Part shown: piece by piece, positions 47,118-58,516 of the stretch
Layout of the letters: each line of letters opens with the position of its first letter
Numbering within the stretch: the stretch's first letter is position 1
Source: Polyangiaceae bacterium
GTDB lineage: Bacteria; Myxococcota_A; Polyangia; Polyangiales; Polyangiaceae
Assembly (NCBI GenBank): GCA_965222375.1
Contig: CBDCTZ010000005.1
Span: 32,001-96,000 of the forward strand
DNA length: 64,000 nt
Direction: 5' to 3'
Notes under the pieces: model-generated
Told to the model about the DNA's origin: nothing
The model's input: the letters and a program-made list of their open reading frames with translations, nothing else
Databases searched by the model: none
Program-made: the position numbers and the translations under genes

Positions 47118-48125
47118 ATGAAAGCCGAGGTAGGGCTGTCGGGTCAAGGTCCACTTCCCCTCCCCTCGCTTTCAACGTATGGGTCAGTGCGATTGTCCGT
47201 GTACCAAACCCTCGAACCCTTCCTCATTCCCGCTCAGCTCATTCTTGCGATGCTGGGCATGGGTGCCACGATGACTGTCGCGGATTTCGGCAGAGTGGGC
47301 CGCGATCCGCGTGGACTAGCGGTCGGATTGGCTCTGCAGTGGCTGTACGTGCCGGGCGTCGCGTTGGCGTTCGTTAACGTCTTGTCCTTGGGCGAGGGCT
47401 GGGCGGTCGGTCTGCTCCTGGTGAGCGCGGTTCCAGGAGGTGCGTTTTCCAACCTGCTTACGTTTCTGGGCAAAGGCAATGTGCCGCTGAGCATCGCGGT
47501 TACCAGTGTCACGACCCTCGCCTCGGTGCTGATGGTGCCGTTGATTCTCCAGATCGGAGCCGGCGCCATCTTGCCACCGGACTTCCGGTTCCCGATTGGG
47601 CGCGTGATGCTGGAGATCTTCGGCTACCTACTAGCGCCCCTGGCGCTGGGCATGGTGGCGCGTCGGCGGCTGGCTCGTTGGGCGCCGGCTTTGAGCCGGT
47701 GGGCGATCCGCGGAAGCCTTGCGCTGGTGCTCAGCATTGCGGCTGGCTCGCTGGGCACGGGGCGCATCCGGGTGGCCGAATACGGCTGGGGGCCACCGCT
47801 GATCATCTTGGCCTTCGGGATCTTCCTGACCTTGACGGTGCCCCAGGTCTGTCGCCTGCTCGGGCGCTACGACGACGACACCGTGGCCATCACCATCGAA
47901 GTCGCGGTGCGCAACGTCGGCGTGGGCCTGCTCGTGGTGCACTTCTTCTTTCCCGGCCAAGCCGAGCAAGGAATGGTGCTTTTTTCGGCGCTTTTCTATG
48001 CCGGCGCCTCACCGGCCTTCGCGATTCCGACGCTGCTACGGCACCGCTGGGGCAAGCCCGTCGTGCTTTTGCGCCGGCCCAAGCCGCGGCCTCAGGCCGA
48101 ATCGAGCTCGGCCTTGAGCTCTTGA
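47118..48125 (+). CDS. Bile acid:sodium symporter (BASS) family transporter
   Basis: MLGMGATM, PGGAFSNLLTFLGKGNVPLS, IEVAVRN; true start may be about 25 codons downstream. Confidence 0.88.
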   Translation: MKAEVGLSGQGPLPLPSLSTYGSVRLSVYQTLEPFLIPAQLILAMLGMGATMTVADFGRVGRDPRGLAVGLALQWLYVPGVALAFVNVLSLGEGWAVGLLLVSAVPGGAFSNLLTFLGKGNVPLSIAVTSVTTLASVLMVPLILQIGAGAILPPDFRFPIGRVMLEIFGYLLAPLALGMVARRRLARWAPALSRWAIRGSLALVLSIAAGSLGTGRIRVAEYGWGPPLIILAFGIFLTLTVPQVCRLLGRYDDDTVAITIEVAVRNVGVGLLVVHFFFPGQAEQGMVLFSALFYAGASPAFAIPTLLRHRWGKPVVLLRRPKPRPQAESSSALSS

Positions 48126-51100
48126 GCCGGGCCATGTTCGGGGTTCTCGGATAGCGCCTTGTTCACCATCACCTTGGCGCGTCGAACGTCACCTTGGTTC
48201 TTCGCCATCAGCGCAAGTTGATACTGGGCATGGGCACGCTGGTCCGGGCTGACCGCCTCGTGGGTGTCGTCACCACCAGGGCGGAGCATGGTGACGGCGC
48301 GGAAGGCTCGGCCCGCCGTATCTTGATCGTCTAGATCCAAAGCGAGCTGGCCCAGTTCCAACGCCACCAACGGGTTCTTCATGTCCATCTCGAAAGCCTT
48401 GGTCATGGATCCGAGCGCCTCGTGTAACAGGCCGCCACCGAGCTGAAGCTCCGAGACCTGCCGATACACGATGCCGAGAGCGGGATTTCGCCTGCCCTTG
48501 TAGCCAGCGATGATCTCGTTCAGCAGCGCCATGGCTTCTTCACCACGCCCCACCACCGCCAGTCCCCGGGCGTAGGCAACCGAGCCCTCGACACTCTCGG
48601 GGCTCAGGCTGCGTGCTTCTTCCAGGACCCGAAGGCCGTCCTCGGCACCATCTTCGGCGAACAGCAGCTGGGAACCTGCCGTGAGCAGCAAGCCATGCCG
48701 CGTATTGATGTCCTGTTCACTCTCGGCCTGAGCCAACAGCAGTTCTGCGAGAGCCCGATACTCTTCAATCAAGGTGTAGAGATGGACCAGCCGCTCGCGC
48801 AAATCTTCCCGTTCTGGCGCCACACCAAAGGCGCGCTCGAGGCCACCGCGTGCGTCTGCGGGGCGCCCAGCCTGCTCGCAGGAGTGGGCCAGCCAAAGGG
48901 CAGTATTCACCAAGTCGTCGCCGTCGGTCAGAGCGATCAGCTTGCGGTAGGCGGTCGCCGCACCGTCCCAATACTCTCCGGTGACCTCGAGCTCTGCTAG
49001 TTTGTGCCAGAGCGCCGCGTCCTTGGGGCTTTCCTTGAGCATCTCGTTCAGCCGCGCTCGCGCGGCCTCCACGTTGCCCGTGCTCTCGAACAGCTCCACC
49101 AACTTGATGGACAGCTCCCGATCTGCCGGTGGTTCTGCGCGCAAGATCGCACGCTCCAAAGCGCCCGCTAGAGGGCCGCTGACGTCGACGTCTAGCGCGG
49201 CGGCTGCTTCATAGGCAGCCACGGCTTCCTCGACCTGATCGTCCGCTTCAAGTAGCTGTGCACGACTGAAACTGAGTTCCTGATCTTCGGGACTGGCCTC
49301 GAGCAACTGGTCCACGGCGCCGAGAGCCTCCCGAGGCTCGTTGGCCTGCAACGCCGTCTCAACCAGACGGGTGACCAGCGCGCGATCCGAAGAGTGAGCC
49401 ACCGCCTGCGCAAGTAGCCGCGTGGCCCGGCTCAAATCGCCCTGTTCGACACAGCGCTGTAGCAGGGGCTCGCGCAGCTCTTCATTGTCCGGGCAGGCGA
49501 TGAACCCCAGCTCCAGGGCCCGCTCTGCGCCCTCTTCATCCATCAATTCCCGCCGCGCTTCGAGCAAGCGCTCAGTGATGGTGAGCGCCTCATCGCCGCC
49601 CAAGACCCCGAGCAGCCCCTCGAGCGTTTCCGCGACCAAGTACGGATCCTCTCGACCTTCCGCGAGTCGGAGCAGTGCACGCCAGATGTCTTCGTTGTTG
49701 CGCTCCCAATCCGTCACTGCGTAGTAGGCGTCGAATGCGTCATCGGGTCGCTCTAGGCGCTCGAGCAGCGTGCCAAGCTTCAATGAGGTGTCCGCAATCA
49801 CCGCGGCGTCCTGTCGATCCTTGGCGCTGTCCACTCGCGTCACGTAGAGCGAAACCAACTCGTCGGTCTTGCCCTGGCCCTCATAGAGCTCCGTCAAAAG
49901 CTCCGATGCCCGAGCGTGCGCCGGATCTTCCTCCAGGATTTCGCGGAGAATGTCGGCTGCGGCTTCGGACTGCTGCTGATCGAGCAGGATGTTCGCTTGC
50001 TCCAGGCGGAGCCGTGCCCGATCTTCTGAAGAATCGACGAGAGTCACCGTCTGCTCGAGAACTCTCACCAGCTTTTCGCTGTCGGACTGCTCGCGGTAGA
50101 TCTCCAGCAGCGGCTGCCAAACCTCCCGATCTGCTGGTTCTTGCTCCAGCAAGCGTTCATAGATGGTCGCTGCACGAGTCAGATCCGAGAGTTCTCCACG
50201 CACCCGCGCGGCAACGTCCAGCCACGCAGCACGAGCAGCCGCCGGGTCGAGCAATGGCGCCGCTTGCTCCCGCAGATCCAGAGCTCGGGGCAGTACGCCG
50301 GCGGCTTCCAGGCGACGCGAGAGCTCCATGCGCACCCAGGCGCCGTCAGCGTCGGAAAGTCGCGAAGCCATTGCGAGCCCGGATTCGAGCAACTCCTTGG
50401 ACAGGGCATGCTCTTCCAGAGCATCCGTTAGCTCGACGCCTTCCCGGATGACCTCGATGCCGGCGGTGGGCAGGCGGGCCAAAAGCACTAGGGCATCCAC
50501 GAGCTTCTTGGCGTCACCGGTGCTGCGGGCGACACGCTCGAAGAGCGCGACGACACGTTCGTCGTCCGCCTGTTCTGCGAGCGCTCCCCGCAGGAGTTGT
50601 TCGGCTCGGTTGACGTCCGCACAAAGCTCCAGGGCACGCTCGAGAACTTCTACCGCGCGCTCGCCTTGTTCTCCGCTCGCAAAGTATATTGCCGCCAACC
50701 GATAATAGGGCTCCGCCCCTGCGCGCGTGGCTTTGGGTCGGCCGCCGCTGGCGATGCGGTGTTCCAAAACCTTGGCTTCGGCGTCCGCATCTCCCAGCCA
50801 GTCGAAGACCCGAGACAGTGCCTCCCAGGCTCGGTCGTCGCTCGCGCCCGTACTCGAGAGTTCGCCCTCGAGTTCTCCGGCACGCTCCCGAAGTCGATCT
50901 TCCACGGCGGTCAGTCCGCCTAGGTGTTCCGCGTACAGAAAGGCGAGATCGGACAGCGCCCGTGCGGCGGTTTCGGCGTTCGGTGCGCGCTCGAGCCGCG
51001 ACTCCACCGCCCGGGACAGCAGGTCATATCGTTTGCGGGTGCCCAGCGCACTCTCCAACGCCTCGCTCTCGCGCTCGCTTTCCAGAGCGGCCTCGAAGGC

Positions 51101-54100
51101 AGACTCGATAAACTCACCCGCCCGCAGATCGTCCTCCTTGCGAGCGGCGATCTCGCTCAAGTCGAGCAATGCTTCGGCGCGACTGGGAGCGTCCTCGTCA
51201 TCGTCTCGACCGATGACCAAGAGCAAGGCGCGATACATGCGCTCTGCGCGGTCGAATTGCTCTTCTTCGAACGCCAGCTGCGCCAATGCCTGAAGGATCC
51301 CCGGGTGCGCGGGATTGATCTTGTTGGCTACGTCCAGTTCTGCGATGGCTTCTGCGCGGCGCCCGGCACTGAGAGACACCCGAGCCAACTGGAAATGCAC
51401 CAGGGCGCGTTCTTTGGGCTTGCGCGAACCATATTGCTCTATCTGCGCTCGCAACACTTCAACCGCAGCGTCGAAATCGCCTGCACGAGAATGCGCGTCC
51501 GCCAGGGCGCGACGCACCCCGGCGTCGTCGGGCTCGATCTCCACTGCCTGGGTGAGCAGGTCGACGGCGCTGACCGGGTCGTTGCGCTTGCGCATGTGCA
51601 AGTTCGCGGCCTCCATCAGCAGTGACAACTTGCGGCCACTTTCGCTGGTGCGAGTTGCTTCCTGAGCCAGAAGCTCTGCCAGCGGTGTCCAGTCTTCGCT
51701 TTCTCGGTACAGCTCGCTGAGCCGTTGACGCACGGGCGCGGCTTCCAGCGCCGTTGCCGCGGCGGCTTCGAGGCGCAGGCGCGCGGTCTCCGGAGCGTCC
51801 GCGTGCACATAGGCTTCGGCCAGGCGCAGCGCGCGAGGCGCCAGGGTCTCTCGAGAAGATTGCGCGCACAGCCACTCGAGTACGTGCGCGGCTTCCAGCC
51901 ATTTTTCTTGAGCCTCGAGGATCCGGGCCAGGTTTTCGAGGCTACTTTCACCGCCGAGGGCGGCACCGGACTGATAGTCGACCACAGCGCGCTGCTGGTC
52001 CTCCAATTTGGTTTCGGCGATCTCCGCGGCGCGTGCGTAGAGCACCGCCGCCCGGGCGGCATCTTGCACGTCCGCCCTGCAGCGGGCCTGCTGTTCCCAC
52101 AAGGAACACAGGGCAGCGTGCGCTTCAGCCTCCTCCAGGAGGGCAGCGTAACGAGCGACGGCCCCCTGGGCGACTTCGTCCCCGGGATTCTCTTCGAACA
52201 GTTGAGCGAACAGTTCGATGGCTCGGTCGCTGTCGCCGAGTTGGTCCGACGCGATACACGCTGCGTCCTTCAGGAACGTGCGGCAGCGCACCTCGGAAAA
52301 TGGAAGCCCATGGCCCCGCACCGACAGAGCGATAACAGCCGCGTGATCGCCTTCTCCGCTGAGGCGCTGTGCGAGCTCCGTAATCGCCCACTCGGCGGCG
52401 CCCGCCGCATCCAAGGCACCACCCTCCACCGGCTCGGGCTCCGGCGCTTGCCACGCCGTGATGCTCAAATCCAGTAATTCTTCGAGTAAGGATTTGGCGC
52501 GAGGGCGGTTTTCGATTTCCGACGCGCAAACATCAACCGCGGCAGACCAGTCGTTGGCCTGTACGAAGGCAATCAGGCTCTTGGATAGCTCACCCGTCTT
52601 ACTGCGGTAGATGGTGCCCAGTTCTCCGAGTAGGCCCCGGCGCTGCTCGGGATCCGACTGTCGCTTCGCTTGCTCGGAGATGCGCTCGGTCAGCTCATCC
52701 CAGCGCGATTCCGACGACAGTAGGGCGACCAACGCCCGAAAGGTCTCCGGCGTTGCGGCATGCTCGGCTTCGATGCGTGTCCAGATCTCGATGGCTTGCG
52801 CCGGTTGGTTCAGGCGCTCCGTGTAGAGCTCCGCGACCCGCCACAAATCCTCCTGGGCCTTGTCGCCGCCACGCTCCGCTCGCTGCAGAAGGGCTTCGAC
52901 CAAGTCCGCGTACATGGCTGCGCGAGCCAGCATGTCGCATAGGCCGTCGAGGGCTTCGGCGTCCGAGGCATCGTCCTCCAGCCGCATGCGGAAGCAGCGC
53001 ACTGCGCGAGCCAGATCGTCCAGGCGGATGGCAGCGACCTCGGCCACGTTGCCGAGGGCAACGCGCCGCTCGGCGTCATCCCCGGTCAAAGACGCCAGCC
53101 CCTCGAGCACGTCGGCACGCTCGGCGTGGCGGCCGGCCCGGTCCAAGAGCGGGTCCAGGGCACGCGAGGCCGTGAGCGCCACTGTGGGGTCATCGGCGGA
53201 CAAGCGCAGCGCTCGCTCGAATAGTTCGATGGCCTGCGGCACGTCATCGAGATCGTCCCGGCGCACCTGGGCCGCTTCCAAGACCAACGTGCGTTGAATG
53301 CCGCGATCTTCCGAGCCATCTGCGACGGTGACGAGTACTTCGGCGCGCCGCTCCGCCAAACCCAACTCGCCGGCGAGCTTGCCGAGCTGCTCGCGGTAGC
53401 CTGCTTGCTCCGGAGCGAGCCCGACCAATTGGGCCGCGGGTTCGAAAGCGCCGGCCGTGTCACCTAGCTCCTTGAGCCGGAGCTGGACCAGGTCTTCCAA
53501 GCCGCCGATGCGCTCTTCCGGCGACTCCGCAAGTTCGAGCTCGATCTCGACCATGCGCGCAACATCTTCGACCGCGCCAGCCTGCACGTAGCCTTGTTTG
53601 AGCCGCTCAGCCGCCGCGTGGCGAACACTCAGCGCCCGCTTGCGCTGCTTCTGGTTATTGCTTTCGGGGGCAATGCTCTCCCGGGCACTGGGCAAGGCCA
53701 CGAGTCGCTCCAGAAGTTCGCGAGTCGTGTCAGGTGAGCAGCCGTCCTCGGTGAGCACCTCGATCGTCTCGTAGGCTTTGATCGGGTCGTTCAAGTCCAG
53801 CCACAGTCCGGCGATTCGCACCTGAAGCTCTCGAACGGCGTCTTCGTCCGCACCATCCAGACGCCCTTCAAGCAAGGCGATCAGCGGCTCGAGGCGCTCT
53901 TCTCGCTCGTACAAGCGCTCCAGTGCTGCTCCCGTCCTCTCGTCGTCCGGCGTGAGCTGAAACAGTCCTTCTAGGTACACGATGGCTCGTTCCGCGTCCG
54001 ACGCGAAGTCCTTCGCCGCCATGGACGCCTCACGCAACAGCTCGACGCGTTCCGCCTCGACCTGAGTGCGCTCCAACGCGCCATCGTAGAGCTGGAAAAG

Positions 54101-57100
54101 GTCGTCCCAACGTCCAGCAGCATTGAAGGCCAGCTTCAAGCGGTCGAAGGCCCAACTCGCGCCGGGACTCAGGGACAGCACCTTCTTCAGCAGCGCAACG
54201 ACGCGCTCGGAATCGTCGAACCACTCCTCGGTAAATTCGACCATGCGGCGCCCCAGTTCTTCCGCGAGTTCGGAGTCCAAAGGCGCATCCAAAGCACGCG
54301 AATACGCGTCGGCGAGGGGCTCGGGCTGGTTTAGCTTGCGGGCTGCGCGTTCGGCGGCATCCCAAAGCTGCTCCTCCTGGGGGCGCTCCAACGCGCCATC
54401 CAGCGCAATCTTGAGTCGCGCTTCGTCGTCATCCGGCGTGCATTCCAACAGCTGTGCAAACCATCGTCCGCGGGAATCGAGCAGCTCTTCCACGCCCTCG
54501 CTGATGGTGAGCAAGGATTCGAGCATTTCACGCTTCTCGGCTTCGGTCTCGACGTTCTGCACGAGTCGTTCGAGCAGCTTGGCCGCTTTGGGTCGGGCGT
54601 CGTCGTGCTCCAGAGCGCGCTTGACCAAGTCCAGGGCGCCCGAGTCGTGAGGCGCCTCATCCAAGATCCCCTCCACCAAGTCCAAGCACTCGTCGGCGCG
54701 CCCCAAGTCCAGAAGCAGGGTGGCCATCGTCGTGTCCACGGACAGTCTGCCCTCCGCATCCCCGCGCTCTCTGAGCTCTGCGAGGGTGTGCAGCGCACCT
54801 TCCGGATCCCCGGCTGCAGCGCGCAGGCGAGCTAGTTGCGATAGCGCATCAATCCGCTCCGGATCGAGCTCCAGGACGCGCTCGTAGGCACGGATGGCGT
54901 GGGGGATGCTCCCAAAAGTCGTCTCTTCCGTGACGCCCCAAGCCATCAGCACTGTCACGGGGTCCGAAGCGTGTTTGACACGCCACTCGAACAGGAAACG
55001 GCGGTCTTCGACTCGCCCGTTGGTCAGTTCCCCACCGGCAAGGAATACGTTGAACGCGTCCGCGACCTGTTGAATGTCGTCGGCATCTTCGCTCAGCAGC
55101 TGGCGATAGACTTGGGAGACTTCGTCGCGACGAGATTCCACATTGGACAGTGTCCGCGCCTTGCAGGAAAGCAGTGCGCGAGCTTTGGGCGAGCTGGCCT
55201 GTTGTGTGGCGAGCACTTGGTCAACCAGCTCAGCCATGATCTCCGTCGCCCCGGCGGCCACGGAAGCTGGCTCCAGACCGAGCACGATCGCCGTGGAGTC
55301 CGTGTCTTCGGCGGCTCCGGCAAGCATCGCGGACAACGCCCCGGGCACCTTGGACCACTCGCCCGCGCGAGAATACAGCTCCACCAGACGCCGCGCAGCG
55401 CCGGCATCGGATGGGGACACGGAAAGCACGCGCTCATACAGACGCCGGGCACGCTCATCGTCCCTACCCGCTTCGGCCAGCGTAGCCCCCTCCATCCAAG
55501 CCTCGCGAGCCGGGACGCTTTCGTCGAGCTGCTGAGACAACACGATCCCAAGCTTTTCGAGCAGGGCGCTTTTTTCCTCCGGTGCGGCGACGTCTACACG
55601 ACGAGTCAGTACCGCGCGCAATGTGGGTGCGTCCGCGTTCGCGTTGGCCAAAAGCTCGATGTTCTCGAGTTGGGCGTCGTCGAGTTCGGCGTCCTGGAGC
55701 AGCTCACGGTAGTGGGCCAGAGCCCGCTGCGGGTCGCCCGCCTCGGCTGAAACTTCCGCCATTCGCGCCCGGACCTGCACACCGCGCTCAGCGTCCGCAT
55801 GGCCGAGCACGCGCTCCAACTCGGCATAGAGCTCCCCCCAATCCCGCCGCTGTGCGTACAGATCCGCCAGGGCCTGATGGGCGACAAAGTCCTTCGGATC
55901 ATCTTCCAGTGCCGTCTTCCAGGTCGTCACGGCAGCAGCAACGTCTGCCAACTCGCCGGACTGCAGCTTCGCTAGGGAGTGCAGGATTTGGCGGCGTCGC
56001 CGCGCGTCGCCAGGTTGCGCCAACGCAGAGCGGTACAGGTTGAGCCGCTCCTCCGGATTGCCCTGCTCGGCGAGTAGTTCGTCGACCCGCGACAACAGTT
56101 GGCCATCGCTGGGCGCGAAGCTCAGCGCGCGGCGTAGCAAGCCCACCGCTCGTTCCAGGGCGCCTGCCTCGGCGAGGGCTTCACCGGCCGCTCGGGCGAG
56201 TTCGAAGTGCGCTTCGGAGCTGATTTCTCGATCCCCCAGGGCGCCGGCAAGGGCCTCCGAGCGGGGCCCGGGAGCGCCGAGCTTTTCCCCGAAGGACTCG
56301 ACCAGGCCGAGCCAGGAGTGGATCTCCACTCCGCTATCCAGCGCCACGCTCAAGGCGCGCGCGGCGATCTGCAAACCTCGCTCGGAGTCTTCCAGCGCCG
56401 TGTCAGCAAGCTGGGCAGCTTCTGCCAGGTTAGCGAGTGCGGCCTGTGCGTCGTCGGCAACGGCTGCCTTGGCTTCCAACACGCGAACCAGGCCCGGACC
56501 TGGCGCGTCCTCCCGATAAACGGGCTCCAAAACCTGAATCGCCGCGGCGCGAGTCTCCTCTGCTGCGAGCAGCTTTTCCAGAGCTTGTCTAACACCGCGC
56601 TCGGACGGATCGGTCTCGAGGGCGCGACGGTAGGCGTCCATGCCGCCTTCAACGTCGTCCAAATAGGACAGCCTTATCTGCGCCAGCCTGTTTAGCAGAG
56701 CTGGCCACTCCTCCAGAGGGGACAGCTCGATCTCGCGTTCCAGGACCCAGGCCAGCTCCTTCCACTGTTGCTCCTGCTCCAGCAAAGGGATCATCTTCGC
56801 GTGAGCGTCTCGGGTGGATCCGTACTGCGCGATGAAGGCTCGCCACGCACCCAAGGCCTCGGCCCGATCGCTGCCCTGACTCGTGCGTAGCTCCGCCGCG
56901 CGGAGAGCCAGCTCTCGGGCGTCTTCCGGGTTTTTCGCTCGAGCCGCTCGCTTCTCCAATACCTCCACCATCCGTTGGTGGTCGCCACTGGCTTCGCAAA
57001 GGGCGGTCAACCGAGTCAGTGCCTCATCCGCCCAGGGCGAGTCCACGAGCGCGGTCCAAGCCGTCATCGCACGCGCGGTATCGCCGAGCTCTCCTTCGGC

Positions 57101-58516
57101 GAGCTTCGCAAGACGCCGCGCCGCTGCCTGCCGTGCTTCCGCGTCGGGCTCAAAACGGACGCAGGCATCCAGAGCGTTAGTGAGGCCGTGCATGTCGCCG
57201 CTTTCAGCGAACAAATCCACGAGCTGGCGGGCCGCGACGAGCATTGCGCGGTCGTCCTCGCCGCCGTCCAAGACTTCCTGAAACGCCGCCTGGGCCCGCT
57301 TCACATCGCCGGAACGCATGTACACGGTGCCAATGTCGGCGCCTACGCGAGCCCGGATAGGGGGCTCTTTGCAAGACGCCAAGGCACGAGCTAGGAGCCG
57401 GGCGGCATCGCTGGGCTGATCCAAACTCAGCGCCAAGTCGACGTAGGCCTCACGCACGTCGTCGGCACCCGGGTCAGCCGCTACCACTGGGCCGAGCAGC
57501 GCCAACGCACCTGTTGGGTCACCCTGCTCGCGCCGCAGCATGCCCAAACGTCGCTGGACCTCGAGGCGGCGGGGTCCGCGCGCAAGTTTCAATTCCATGT
57601 TGAGCAGCTCGAGCTCTCGCGCCGTGGCGCCCAGCTTCCCGTAAGCGTCACTCAGGGCAGCCGCGACCCGGCCGGCCACCGCGCGATTTTCCAGCAACGA
57701 CTCGGCCACGGACAGCGCCCGCTCGTGGTCGGGCCGAGTGGCCAGGATGGCTTCAAGATGCGGTACGGCCCGATGCGGCTCCTTGGTGGCGTCCGTATAC
57801 AAGTCCACCAAGTGATCGTGGACCTGAAACGCTTCGTCCTCGCTAGGAGGAGGGTCCCGGAGCAGCGCCTGCTCCAGCACTTTCGTCGCCTCCCGCGGCT
57901 TGCCAAGGGCAAGGTAGGCCCGCTCCAGCGCCTCCCGGGCATCCGAATCCGCAGGATCGGCGCGAAGGATCTTCTGGGTCACCTCGACAATTAGCTCTTC
58001 GACTCCTTCGACGCCGGCCAGTTCGGCGTGGGCCCGCCGCAAGTGGCCCAGCTGGATCTCCGAATCGCGATCATGTCGGGCGAGTTCAGCGAAGAACTTG
58101 GCGAGGCGAGTGCGGTCGCCGATTTGGGTCAGCAACGCCTCCAACATGGCTTGGGCGTCCGCATTGGTCGGCGTGGCCGCCAAGGCGCGCTCCGCAAACG
58201 CAACGGCGCCGTCAGGGTCACCGAAGGACTCGGCGAAGTAGTTCGACGCGTTCAAATATATCGTCGACTGGACCTCAGGCGAAACGAGCTTGATGCGTCG
58301 GTCCTGAGCGACATGCTCGTAGGCGAACGCGAGATCAGCGGCCTTGTCGTCACGAGTTGCAACTGCGTGCAGTTTAGCCCACAGCTCCGGGAGCAATTGT
58401 CCTTTCGCTGCCGCTGTCACCAGCGCGTCCAAAATGGGTTCGGGCGACTCGAGGGGAGCGTCCATCAAGCCGTCGAGCTCTTCGACCCTGAGAACGCGCG
58501 ACGAGCCTCGTGCCAT
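48092..58516 (-). CDS. Giant TPR-repeat protein (about 3470 aa)
   Basis: Uninterrupted acidic Ala/Leu/Glu-rich helical repeats (A...Y..AL..DP....A...L..LY); no signal peptide; ATG 58516 with purine-rich RBS. Confidence 0.88.
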   Translation of the reverse strand: MARGSSRVLRVEELDGLMDAPLESPEPILDALVTAAAKGQLLPELWAKLHAVATRDDKAADLAFAYEHVAQDRRIKLVSPEVQSTIYLNASNYFAESFGDPDGAVAFAERALAATPTNADAQAMLEALLTQIGDRTRLAKFFAELARHDRDSEIQLGHLRRAHAELAGVEGVEELIVEVTQKILRADPADSDAREALERAYLALGKPREATKVLEQALLRDPPPSEDEAFQVHDHLVDLYTDATKEPHRAVPHLEAILATRPDHERALSVAESLLENRAVAGRVAAALSDAYGKLGATARELELLNMELKLARGPRRLEVQRRLGMLRREQGDPTGALALLGPVVAADPGADDVREAYVDLALSLDQPSDAARLLARALASCKEPPIRARVGADIGTVYMRSGDVKRAQAAFQEVLDGGEDDRAMLVAARQLVDLFAESGDMHGLTNALDACVRFEPDAEARQAAARRLAKLAEGELGDTARAMTAWTALVDSPWADEALTRLTALCEASGDHQRMVEVLEKRAARAKNPEDARELALRAAELRTSQGSDRAEALGAWRAFIAQYGSTRDAHAKMIPLLEQEQQWKELAWVLEREIELSPLEEWPALLNRLAQIRLSYLDDVEGGMDAYRRALETDPSERGVRQALEKLLAAEETRAAAIQVLEPVYREDAPGPGLVRVLEAKAAVADDAQAALANLAEAAQLADTALEDSERGLQIAARALSVALDSGVEIHSWLGLVESFGEKLGAPGPRSEALAGALGDREISSEAHFELARAAGEALAEAGALERAVGLLRRALSFAPSDGQLLSRVDELLAEQGNPEERLNLYRSALAQPGDARRRRQILHSLAKLQSGELADVAAAVTTWKTALEDDPKDFVAHQALADLYAQRRDWGELYAELERVLGHADAERGVQVRARMAEVSAEAGDPQRALAHYRELLQDAELDDAQLENIELLANANADAPTLRAVLTRRVDVAAPEEKSALLEKLGIVLSQQLDESVPAREAWMEGATLAEAGRDDERARRLYERVLSVSPSDAGAARRLVELYSRAGEWSKVPGALSAMLAGAAEDTDSTAIVLGLEPASVAAGATEIMAELVDQVLATQQASSPKARALLSCKARTLSNVESRRDEVSQVYRQLLSEDADDIQQVADAFNVFLAGGELTNGRVEDRRFLFEWRVKHASDPVTVLMAWGVTEETTFGSIPHAIRAYERVLELDPERIDALSQLARLRAAAGDPEGALHTLAELRERGDAEGRLSVDTTMATLLLDLGRADECLDLVEGILDEAPHDSGALDLVKRALEHDDARPKAAKLLERLVQNVETEAEKREMLESLLTISEGVEELLDSRGRWFAQLLECTPDDDEARLKIALDGALERPQEEQLWDAAERAARKLNQPEPLADAYSRALDAPLDSELAEELGRRMVEFTEEWFDDSERVVALLKKVLSLSPGASWAFDRLKLAFNAAGRWDDLFQLYDGALERTQVEAERVELLREASMAAKDFASDAERAIVYLEGLFQLTPDDERTGAALERLYEREERLEPLIALLEGRLDGADEDAVRELQVRIAGLWLDLNDPIKAYETIEVLTEDGCSPDTTRELLERLVALPSARESIAPESNNQKQRKRALSVRHAAAERLKQGYVQAGAVEDVARMVEIELELAESPEERIGGLEDLVQLRLKELGDTAGAFEPAAQLVGLAPEQAGYREQLGKLAGELGLAERRAEVLVTVADGSEDRGIQRTLVLEAAQVRRDDLDDVPQAIELFERALRLSADDPTVALTASRALDPLLDRAGRHAERADVLEGLASLTGDDAERRVALGNVAEVAAIRLDDLARAVRCFRMRLEDDASDAEALDGLCDMLARAAMYADLVEALLQRAERGGDKAQEDLWRVAELYTERLNQPAQAIEIWTRIEAEHAATPETFRALVALLSSESRWDELTERISEQAKRQSDPEQRRGLLGELGTIYRSKTGELSKSLIAFVQANDWSAAVDVCASEIENRPRAKSLLEELLDLSITAWQAPEPEPVEGGALDAAGAAEWAITELAQRLSGEGDHAAVIALSVRGHGLPFSEVRCRTFLKDAACIASDQLGDSDRAIELFAQLFEENPGDEVAQGAVARYAALLEEAEAHAALCSLWEQQARCRADVQDAARAAVLYARAAEIAETKLEDQQRAVVDYQSGAALGGESSLENLARILEAQEKWLEAAHVLEWLCAQSSRETLAPRALRLAEAYVHADAPETARLRLEAAAATALEAAPVRQRLSELYRESEDWTPLAELLAQEATRTSESGRKLSLLMEAANLHMRKRNDPVSAVDLLTQAVEIEPDDAGVRRALADAHSRAGDFDAAVEVLRAQIEQYGSRKPKERALVHFQLARVSLSAGRRAEAIAELDVANKINPAHPGILQALAQLAFEEEQFDRAERMYRALLLVIGRDDDEDAPSRAEALLDLSEIAARKEDDLRAGEFIESAFEAALESERESEALESALGTRKRYDLLSRAVESRLERAPNAETAARALSDLAFLYAEHLGGLTAVEDRLRERAGELEGELSSTGASDDRAWEALSRVFDWLGDADAEAKVLEHRIASGGRPKATRAGAEPYYRLAAIYFASGEQGERAVEVLERALELCADVNRAEQLLRGALAEQADDERVVALFERVARSTGDAKKLVDALVLLARLPTAGIEVIREGVELTDALEEHALSKELLESGLAMASRLSDADGAWVRMELSRRLEAAGVLPRALDLREQAAPLLDPAAARAAWLDVAARVRGELSDLTRAATIYERLLEQEPADREVWQPLLEIYREQSDSEKLVRVLEQTVTLVDSSEDRARLRLEQANILLDQQQSEAAADILREILEEDPAHARASELLTELYEGQGKTDELVSLYVTRVDSAKDRQDAAVIADTSLKLGTLLERLERPDDAFDAYYAVTDWERNNEDIWRALLRLAEGREDPYLVAETLEGLLGVLGGDEALTITERLLEARRELMDEEGAERALELGFIACPDNEELREPLLQRCVEQGDLSRATRLLAQAVAHSSDRALVTRLVETALQANEPREALGAVDQLLEASPEDQELSFSRAQLLEADDQVEEAVAAYEAAAALDVDVSGPLAGALERAILRAEPPADRELSIKLVELFESTGNVEAARARLNEMLKESPKDAALWHKLAELEVTGEYWDGAATAYRKLIALTDGDDLVNTALWLAHSCEQAGRPADARGGLERAFGVAPEREDLRERLVHLYTLIEEYRALAELLLAQAESEQDINTRHGLLLTAGSQLLFAEDGAEDGLRVLEEARSLSPESVEGSVAYARGLAVVGRGEEAMALLNEIIAGYKGRRNPALGIVYRQVSELQLGGGLLHEALGSMTKAFEMDMKNPLVALELGQLALDLDDQDTAGRAFRAVTMLRPGGDDTHEAVSPDQRAHAQYQLALMAKNQGDVRRAKVMVNKALSENPEHGPAQELKAELDSA

